49,299 bases of DNA from Girardia tigrina (lineage: Eukaryota). Positions 39,431 through 49,299 of this stretch are shown here, one piece after another (the first letter of the stretch is position 1; every line of letters begins with the position of its first letter). The DNA is taken from assembly GCA_001938485.1 (NCBI GenBank), contig MQRK01234174.1, positions 49,089 to 98,387 on the forward strand. Reading direction: 5' to 3'. A program made the translations under genes and the position numbers. Under the pieces are notes generated by a model, which was not told where the DNA came from, searched no databases, and worked only from the letters and a program-made list of their open reading frames with translations.

Positions 39431-40653
39431 CTTTACAATCTACAAAAAAATGAATATTTAAGTTCGATAATGTGCAAACTTTATAACAATTAAAGATCAT
39501 GAAAATTTATAAATTTCAATATATTTATATTCTTATTTGTTGATCACAAACCACTTTAAATCTTTTTTTTTGTTCTTCAGGTAACTTCAGAGGGTTTATA
39601 TAGTGTAATGACTATTTCATTTTAACTTTTCCAGTAGAATGTAAAGGTATAATTCTTATACCCCTTTTCATAAGGAGCACCACGTTTGAAAAGATTTTGA
39701 TTTTAATTATATTTTTGGTGATTACGATAAAGTTTTTTTTTACTTTTTATTTATTCAAATGACAAAAATGGAAATCAGTAAATCCCAAATGACACAGAGA
39801 CAAAATATAAAATACAAAAACATGTACCTCAAAATCTTTGAAATTTTTTTTCGAAATTTTTTTATTAGTTTTCTGCTCAACGCAATATTTGTTGTTCTTC
39901 ATGAACAAAACACTGGCTGCATACACATAACATTATCAAACTGCTCAACATAAATAAACCGGCAAACATAAACTTCACGGACACCAAATCTCAAAAAAAC
40001 AATATATTTAAAAGAAATTTATCATGTTTTATTTGAATAATCTAAAACGATTTTATACAGGTAACTTATGAATATTTTTCACTCGCAAAAGCTATAAAAT
40101 AAGGATCCGGTTTAAAAATTTTATCTCACCTAAAGTAAGCTTTTTACAACACTGGTTTCGACGGTTCCTTTCCTGAATCACTGTGTCAGAAGATCAGGAG
40201 TCATCAGCCTTATGCCGTTTGGATAATTTTTTCGAAAGAATATTTGTAGCAATTATAACCATACTATCATAGACTGGTCAAATCTCACATAAATCTCACA
40301 CTTCACCCGACTGGAAAATCTCGAATCTCATTGTGCTATGAAATATTTTAAGCATGAAAGACAAGGTAATCTACATCAGGTCAAAATTTAAACACTCAGA
40401 AAAATTATTTATTAAAACCAACATATTTTCGTATAATTGTTATAATTTTTTTCATTTATTAAGTGAAATGTTTGTCCAATTATTTCGATCATCAATTGCG
40501 AGGAAACAACAAAATTTGATTAGAACATGTGGAAATCAGGTGTCATATTCCACTGAGATAAATTGAACGAAAGTGACGGGCACTACACCGCTCATGTACG
40601 AATATGTTATGATAAAAGCATGCAGCTAATGATATTTAAAAAAACTGTACATA

Positions 40654-41193
40654 CAGTCGGGGCCATAATTCACCGGCCACCCTTGCATTTTAAAGAAAAT
40701 TAATATCTATGTGTGTGTGTGTGTCACTGCATGTAAATAATGTTCTTAACCAACATCCAATAAGAATGCAGCTTTAGTAGAATACCCACTATGCTATTAT
40801 GATATATAAAAGTATTTGTGACTATTCTGACATGACTGACTACCAACTTTTACCCACTCTGAGGGCACAAATCATCGCTTTACACGACACTGCCCTGCGA
40901 TTCAATATTAGTCTCGCTGCAATAGCTTCACTCTCCGTCTTCATCAAGCCATCGGCGCCTTTGCCTATACGAAACGCAGTGGAAGGCCGCGTATCACAAA
41001 CAAGGTGAAAGATCGAGCCATTTTGAGATCCTACAAGACCAATCCATTTTCTGATTCCCGCGCAATACAAGCTGATCTTCCAGCTAACATTGATAAATTG
41101 CCTAGGCACGAACCATTTGTCGACGTCTAGTTGAAGGAGGCTTTCGATCGTACAGTATTTTTAGGCGTGGCTGGTGAATTAGGGCCACGACTG
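40654..41193 (+). mobile_element. Internally deleted Tc1-like element (540 bp)
   Basis: 27-bp TIRs CAGTCGGGGCCATAATTCACCGGCCAC / CAGTCGTGGCCCTAATTCACCAGCCAC with TA TSD. Retains LRAQIIALHD, RSGRPRIT and RTICRRL (DNA-binding part); catalytic domain absent. Confidence 0.88.
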
Positions 41194-44100
41194 TATTTTA
41201 AATTGTAATATTTTATATTATAAATATCGGCACGATAAAAACAACCTACATTTATATGAAGCAATACATCATTATAAATCTTCGGAAGGTTATATCTTTA
41301 GGAAGATGAATTATTTCTCGATCTGTGAAATGAATCACAACATTTTTGAACATCCTTTTAAAATATCACCTTAGATATCTCATGGGTTTAAAGAGATCAC
41401 ATCGTAAAGAAGTTTTATAAAGGAATATAATTAAGAAATTAAAGATATTTGAGTGAGAGTTTTTTTAAATTGTTAATATTTTCTGATTTTTGCTTTAATA
41501 ATTGTGGAATAACTTGTAAGATTTTATCAAAAATAGTATTTCAAGTTTCAATTAATATTTATAAACAATATAGCCTAAGGAGAATGATTTCAACAAGACT
41601 TATTTATTTGTAATTTTATGTGTTGTAAAAGTAAGGATAGATTTAACTTTCAATAGACCCTGAGGTTCAGATTACTTTTATTACTTTATTAATTAACTTT
41701 CTAAATAATAAATTAAAACTAATTTTATATTTTACCAATAAATAACTTAATAATGTCAATAACAAATAATACTATAAAGAGTCAATATTATAAAAAATTA
41801 TTATATATAAATTATTATTATTATTAAAAAAAAGCTATTATCGAAACAATCTTAAACTTTCACATAATTTATTTAAACATTTTAGGATGAGTTTTTTTTC
41901 TATGGATCTCTGAACATAATATATATATATATATATATTGATTAATGTTTGAGAATATAAAAGAAAAAAAAATATATTGAAATGTTTGAGTTTCGAAAAA
42001 TTTGTGTTTTAGTGATTTTGATTTTTGTGAAAAGAAATGTAATGAAAAATGTAAAAAAAAGGNNNNNNNNNNNNNNNNNNNNNNNNNNNNNNNNNNNNNN
42101 NNNNNNNNNNNNAAAGATTAATTATATTAAAAGCAACCGCTCGAACAGGATTTAATGAAACTTATTATTCCATCAGAATATTGCAGAAGAAAAAATTTCA
42201 ACATGCCTTGGCCTTTAACTAGAGAACTTTATGTTAATGGATCTCAAAAATTAATGATAAATGCATTTAAATTGACAATAGCAAGTCAAGCTTTTTGGAA
42301 TCTGTTGCAATCGGTTGGCAGAGATGGAAAATTGAATTTTAATTGTGATCATCCGAAAGATNNNNNNNNNNNNNNNNNNNNNNNNNNNNNNNNNNNNNNN
42401 NNNNNNNNNNNNNNNNNNNNNNNNNNNNNNNNNNNNNNNNNNNNNNNNNNNNNNNNNNNNNNNNNNNNNNNNNNNNNNNNNNNNNNNNNNNNNNNNNNNN
42501 NNNNNNNNNNNTTTCCAATTGGTTATGTTGACTGCAGTTCTTGTTTACTGAAAACAATATGTATGTTGAAATCTAAAACGAGAACAAGATACGACCTGTT
42601 GAGCTCTGGGCAAGGCTGCCGCGCTCAAACTGCCGCTCTGCGATCAATTAAAGCTTTTTTTATACAACTATTGGACATGTTTCGATGTTTATATACATCA
42701 TCATCAGCAATTTTCTATTGAATTGTTTGAATAATACAATTTTTCACAACTTTAATAAATATAATTTACATTAAAAGGTGACGAAAAAATTAAACATTTT
42801 TATTTATGAAAATATTATTGGGTAATAATGGCAAAAGTATTTTAATTAAAAATTTTAAGTATTGAAATAACCTTACTTTGCCCATTTTGAATGTTAATTG
42901 ATGAGTTGTAGTGTCTTATTAGTAGAGATTCATAAAACTGTCGTTCGTAATATAAAAAAAGCTTTAATCAAATTATATTTTCGAAATATATATATATATA
43001 TAGTCATGACAATGTTTTGAAAACCAAGATTTTCTTTGAAAAATTCTTTGGAAAGTCATTTTTAACAAATGTTAACGAGATTAAATTTATAGGATCCTCA
43101 TTTAAAACATTTTCAGGAAGATTGAAAAATTTGTTATATTATCAGGATGTCAAGTAATTAAAAACGGTTAAATGTTGAGAAAATCAAAGGATCCAGATGA
43201 AAATCTTGTTATTTAGGGGTACTCAATTTTACCATATTGATATAAATTAATAATATCATTGTTTCACTAAAAATGAGCCTGTGATTGTTGATGAGAATTA
43301 TTCTTTTTACTTATTGTATCATGACATTTTGTGTTTGGTTCTGGTTTGAAAATTTATTTGAGTGCTACAGAAAAGGGTGTTGAATGTGATCTTTTAGGAT
43401 TGATTGTAGAAATTGAGCTGATCATGAGTAACTTTACCAGTTACCATTCGTCCTCCCCCAAAGGATTCAGTACATTGTAAATTGTGCAAATTAGGATCAT
43501 GAGAAACCAAACAGGAATTTCGCTCAAATCGTAATAGTTGCCTGAGCTATTCAAGACGAATCAAGATCAGATCATCAATTATTTTTCCTTAAAATTGTTA
43601 ATAATGAATTGGCTTACGATAAAATCTCAGCAAGTGCATGTTAATATATGAAATCAGCGTTTTCAATCGACTCAAAGGATCCATCATAATCAATTTCAAA
43701 ATGAAACAAATTCGCAATTGATCGAACTTTATCCCAATTAATTTCTGATAACATTCAATTCAATTTAATTATTCAAATCTAATATTGTTTATTTTTAAAG
43801 TTAAATGAAAATAAATAGTTAAAAAAAATAAATTAAAAAGTAATATAAAATAAATATTTGATTGTTTAAATCGATCAGTGAAAATTATGAGAAGATTAGA
43901 GAATTCAAAGTTTGATTGAAATTCGAAAGTTGTGTACGTGATTAGTGGAATTTGAATTTAATAAAAATTTGTCGGTCGGTTGAAATTTGAAAATCAAACT
44001 AAGATCAATTTTACTAAGTTTGTTAGTGGAAATTGGAGATAGGAAATCCTTGCCGATCATTGTTACCAAAAAAGTGCGGAGAAAATGTTGGTAGGTTATT

Positions 44101-45317
44101 CTTCACATTGGCATTTTAGCAATGTCAGGAAAAATGAATCTTTTGGAGAAATGTAAAACGTTTATATTTCGATTAGCGAAATATTCTCGTAATTTTGATA
44201 GTATAATTGAACTCATCATTTTGCGTTGGTCGATGGAAAACGATCTTTTAAAATCGTTCATCGAATGAGGGTTTATGAATACTGTTCAGATGTGGTTTTA
44301 AACTTTTGTCTAATTAAAATTGCAAAAATCATAAAAAAGTATAAATTATTATTCCGATCACTACAATTCTCCAAACATCTTTCATCTCCTCAATTAAGAC
44401 CGTTGCCGTTGTTTTTCTGAGTATCCCCCAAACTCTATTAACGCCCATTGCAGAAACTGCGTTTCCATGCTAACGTTGCGATTAACCATAAAGTTATATT
44501 GCTTCCTTTGAAAAAGTACTATTTATATACACCAACTTACATGCGTTTCGGTTACCAATGAACTGTTTATTAATGTTTACACAGATTTTTAAAATATATG
44601 TGATTAAAATTCTTATACGAATATTGAAAATAAAATGTTGAAAAAAAAGTTGAAAAAGAAGATGAAATAAATATTTTATGTTTTTCTTGGATATTCTACT
44701 AAATAAAAATATATTTTTTTAAAATATTTTATTTTATCCATTATCATTAAAAACATTATAAAAAATGAAAATAAACATAAAACTGCTTTTTAGATTATTT
44801 AAAAAAAATAAATAATATTTATATCATAATGTATAAATTTTGTATTGAAAATTTAAAAAGAAATTTTTTTAATAATATTTATTATAAATATAAGTATTTA
44901 ATAAAAATCAATTTTTACTCAAAATTCCTTTATCGAAAATTCATTTTATTTTCTTTTTCAAGTAGAAAAAGCAAGTCCCACAAAAATAATTTTTCGAACC
45001 AAAAACTTTTTCAAATGAAAATTCTTTTAAATCAAAATTACAGTCAAAGGAAACGAAAACTTCGTTTCCTCTGTTTTGTCTGTTAGAAAAATATCCGTTT
45101 CAATAAAATACAATTTTCATATCAATGTAATTTATAATTCATTTCCATTTTGCACTTTAAAAACATTGGAGAGGAAGAGAGGTATAGCGTGAATTTATTT
45201 ATTTATTCATTGAAAACTTAAATATGTTTAATTAAAAATAATAATAACTTTAAAAATTGAATAATCGTTTAATAATTTATTTATATTCACTAGTGTCATG
45301 TTAGGGTTCAGGTTATT

Positions 45318-45680
45318 CGCCCATTCTGCAATCCTTTTCTATTAATTTCTGACTCACAAATACCCAAGAACACCTTCAAGATCACTTTCCCTAATCTCTA
45401 GACTTAGCTACCTGCAATTTCTTTTTATTCCTAAATTGGAAAATTTATGTGGGTATTACACTTGATGATATGGAAACGATAACACATGAAATGACGGGGC
45501 AGCTGAAGAGTGTGACTTCTGCTGACTTCCTTGGATGTTATGAATAATGGAAACTAAGATTAAATAAGTACATTAATACAAATGGGGAATATTTAGAAGG
45601 AAATAAATTTGATCCACATTAAAATTTGTAAAAAAAATTATTTTGAAACCTTAGTTAGTGTATTTATTTGACAGACAGTA
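45318..45680 (+). mobile_element. Mariner 3' fragment
   Basis: SLDLATCNFFLF (SPDLAPCDFFLF-like) and ...DFLGCYE*WKLRLNKYINTNGEYLEGNK C-terminus. Confidence 0.75.
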
Positions 45681-46381
45681 TACCAATAATCTAGATATTA
45701 TTATATTTATATGAGTATAATTTTAATTGTAATAAATAATTTATTTTATTTATTTGAAACTTTTTATCTATTTCTTGGAAACTGTTTAATAATTACAGGA
45801 TCTTTAATAATATAATTAAAATAAGCTACGTGATGAATATAAATGATTATTTTTTTATTTTAAAAAATATATATTTATTTTTTATAAAAAATACATTAAT
45901 TTTATTTTTGTCTTATATTTATTATTTTAAAAAATATTAAATTTCAAAAAAAAGGAAATTAAGATTTAATAATTATAATAAGAGTGAACTATTTATATAA
46001 TATATTGATAGAAAATAGAAATAAATCATTTTATAATAGATAAATTTCTTCAATATCCACTTAAAATTTTAATCAAATTTATAAAAATTAATAAATTATT
46101 TCCCAAAAATATTACTATTATTAAAGAAAAATTATAAATAATAATTTATTTATTTATTGTACAAAATATTATGTTTTGTGATATTATTCAACTATAAAAA
46201 ATGATAATGTTAGTGATGCTGACTTATTTCTTTAAATGATATTCTAAAATGATTAATGATATTACGTAATAGTTTTACAATTTATTATATTAATATGTAA
46301 AATGAGTAATTTAATAGTATTAATATAATAAAATATATTTTGTCAATTAATATAACCGAATCATTATTATATTTCGATAAC

Positions 46382-46413
46382 ATATGAATATAATATATGA
46401 ATATAATATATGA

Positions 46414-46470
<57 letters not shown>

Positions 46471-46485
46471 ATATATGAATATATT
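46382..46485. repeat. (TA)n microsatellite; others at 27670-27786, 33753-33895, 41919-41938 and 42986-43002
   Basis: Directly visible; two of these tracts span assembly gaps. Confidence 0.9.
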
Positions 46486-48223
46486 ATCCCAAAATTGATA
46501 ACCTTTGATAAAATATAACAATCATTAAAATAATAATCTGTACAAATTTTTCAAAACCGAATATCCGGAACTGAAAAGTTATTCATAAATAAACAAAACA
46601 ACTTAAGAAATATATAAATAAATAAATAAATATAAATAAGAATGCATCTTTTCACATGATGTTGAATAATCTAAGATCAATTTTTTATAAAAATAATTAT
46701 AATAATTCGCAAAAAATGATATATTTTAATCTGATCAAAATTGAAATTACAAAATCCACTTGAATAATTAATTAACAAAAAAACGTCCGAACGGTTAATG
46801 CGTTGACGATTAAAACATAATAATCAACGTTCACAACATTATATTTCGATTCGAGTTTTAATAGAAAAAAATTTGTTTTTGTTTAATAAAAATTAAATGC
46901 ATCATTATTATTATTATACTATTAAAAAATTATATAATAATTAAAAATAATTTTATAAATAAAATCGAAAATATTATCATAATTTTTTTTGAATTAATTA
47001 TAAATAAATTTTACCTGAAAAGAATGAGAATTTCGATGAGGAAAAAAAGAATCAAACGATAAAATATAATAATAACATAATAATGAAATAAATATTATGT
47101 TATTAAATAATTTCGAAAAATACTCAAAAAACGATCTTGTTAAAAATTACAGTTGATTTTCTAATTATACAAGGCTTATTAAAGTTTGTTATGGTTTTTT
47201 GTCGACACCACAACACGGTAGTCGGAATCGACCAATCACAATCCGTCTCTATGCTCTGTCTCTAAGCTCAGTTTGTGTGCTGGTAATTGTGTGCATCCTG
47301 TGTGATGAAAATATAAAATCAACACTTTTTGTGTTTATTATTCCAATCATTATGAAATCGTTCTCTTTTTGTTTTAAACATTAATAAATTTTCGTTTTAT
47401 TCAAACAAAACTTGTCAATTCTCATCGTCTATTCGACTGTGTATCAATGCGGATCATTGAAAAATTTACTGTTTTTGATAAATATGAAAAATCATTATTT
47501 TTATTATTTATTTATTATTAGTATTATTTGAGACGGAATGAATTTTTTTATTTGATTAATGGTTCAGAAGAATTGACAGAATTTATAGAATTAATAAATA
47601 ACTTTCATTTATATTATGATTGAAAATAAGAAAAAGAAATTTCGAATTATTAAATTTTATATTTATTATTATTTATATTTCTGTGAAAAGTGAAAGAGTT
47701 ATTGATTCATTTCATGTGTTGGTTTCTGTATTTCAGAGTGAAGGATTTTCTTAAAACGTTTTGTAATATTTTCGTAGTGACCCCCCATCAACACAAATAC
47801 ATTGAGGAAATGAGCATTACAGAAAAAAATGGTAACAGATATACAACAAAATTCATGAGACATTTCACAAAGGAATAATTATGACAGCAAAACCTGTATC
47901 AAAAAGCTGAGCGAACATTTACTTGACGAATTGAGTACATGAATTAAAAGAAAAAGAAAATCGGATTTGTGAAGAAATAGATGTCTCCTAAGGTTTAATG
48001 GTATCGCTAGAAATACCACAAACTGTTTCAACTATTCTTGGCTCGAACGCTGCACAAACAACTAACCATTGTGGTCCTTGCGACATCCTCCCACAATCTG
48101 GGTGAGTATACACCTTCTTCGGGGTACGGACCCATAATTAGTGGTATAAGGGGTTAGTTTAAATTTAAGTTTCGCCAAAATAGTTTATTATTTTTTAATT
48201 AATAAATTTTGTGGTGTTAAATT

Positions 48224-49006
48224 ATGATTTCGGAATTCGATAATACTGAAAGTGGCATAAACGCTACTTACATGGCGACCAACGCTGCTTTGGTCAACTT
48301 CATGAACCAATTACTACCTGAAAAATTCAGGAAATGTGACAATGTGGAGACGTTTATAGAAGAATGTGAAACATTCTTTCAATTTGCTGGAGTGGTAAAG
48401 CGAAACAAGACGCCATTGTCTTGTGTCTGTTGGACAGAGACATAAAAGAAAAATATAAAACCGTTGACAAGTCAATAAGTGGTTATAAAAATCGACTTCG
48501 AAAAGCATTTGGTAGGACATCTTCGCTATTTGAGGATTGGTCTGAAGCTTGCCGGTATAGGATGAAGGATGATATACCTGAAGTTGTTTTCGAAAAAAAT
48601 AGAAAAGATAGCAGAAAGAATTATGCAACATAACATGTAAAAAGGAAGCATAATGGATACATTATTAATGAACTGTTGTGATGACATGGATATCAAGAAA
48701 GAAGTTTAGATGAATAATGTAAAAGGAGTAGAACAAATAAAAGAAAATATCAAAATAATACACGAGATTAAGAATATAGATGATCAGATAAACGTAGTGA
48801 GAGAGAACGGAACGCAGAACAGACACAGGATCTACACGGATGCTGTGACTCAAAATAATAATAGATTTGAACAAAAGCATACAAGAGTCGGGGGCACAGA
48901 AAAGAACAGATATACTAATGATCAAAACTGGGAGAGAAACCAATACTCGAGCGTAACAAATAGACAACGGGAGACTAGGAAATGCTTTGGATATGGAATG
49001 TATTAA
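48224..49006 (+). pseudogene. Frameshifted Ty3/gypsy-like gag remnant
   Basis: Three consecutive ORF pieces: PEKFRKCDNVETFIEECETFF, YKNRLRKAFG, and a polar linker ending RKCFGYG (broken zinc knuckle). No pol follows. Confidence 0.7.
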
Positions 49007-49299
49007 GAACACCAACATGGCTTTTTAAACTCTTATTTTCATTACAATCAGAATTGTCTTTTGGACAACTCTCAGCGAAACTCTCGTCATTCGACATCGT
49101 TCTAAATTGATAATTTTTTATTAATGTTTGTTAATAAACAATTATTCGAACAAATTTTTCATTATTTTCTGATTTTATTATTAAAATTCAATTTTGTAGT
49201 TTTAGTATTAATTTTTATTTACATATTAATTTTATTTAAAAATTATTTTATGTAAAGAAAGAATATTTAATTAATTCAAAACTTAGTTAAAACTATTTA

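Noticed and set aside
42155-42721. 188-aa ORF
   Set aside because: It spans a 150-N gap and has no recognisable domain. The same applies to the ORFs at 26113-26469 and 33715-33975.
44829-46521. Short F/I/K/N/Y-rich ORFs here and elsewhere in the track
   Set aside because: Low-complexity translations of AT-rich or microsatellite DNA with no coding signal.
48070-48180. TGGTCCTT as a tRNA-Tyr PBS, or TGTGG...CGCCA as a short LTR
   Set aside because: Only 8 nt match the expected PBS, and no second LTR or TSD is visible.

Overview
Very AT-rich eukaryotic (animal) genomic DNA with six assembly gaps. Composition, a 54-bp intron and the transposon content suggest a freshwater planarian, but that is inference. 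The only clear host gene is a minus-strand protocadherin. One 2.5-kb exon (36946-39439) encodes a signal peptide, 7 cadherin repeats and a TM helix. It splices in frame across a ~19.5-kb intron to two small cytoplasmic-tail exons missed by the ORF track (17432-17374, 17319-17250). The gene's last exon(s) could not be located. Most other recognisable sequence is decayed mobile DNA: about seven mariner copies or fragments, Tc1-like and DD37E elements, a BED-finger hAT derivative, hAT-type, piggyBac-type and foldback MITEs, RTE-like LINE fragments, two related Ty3/gypsy-like gag remnants, and a Penelope GIY-YIG fragment ending in a minimal hammerhead ribozyme. I cannot demonstrate a new biological system from sequence alone. 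The best leads are the sense-strand hammerhead plus polyA signal downstream of the last mapped protocadherin exon, a candidate alternative terminal exon bracketed by an inverted repeat pair inside the large intron, and a near-perfect 98-bp-arm intronic hairpin. All alignments and coordinates were read by eye; no database searches were run.
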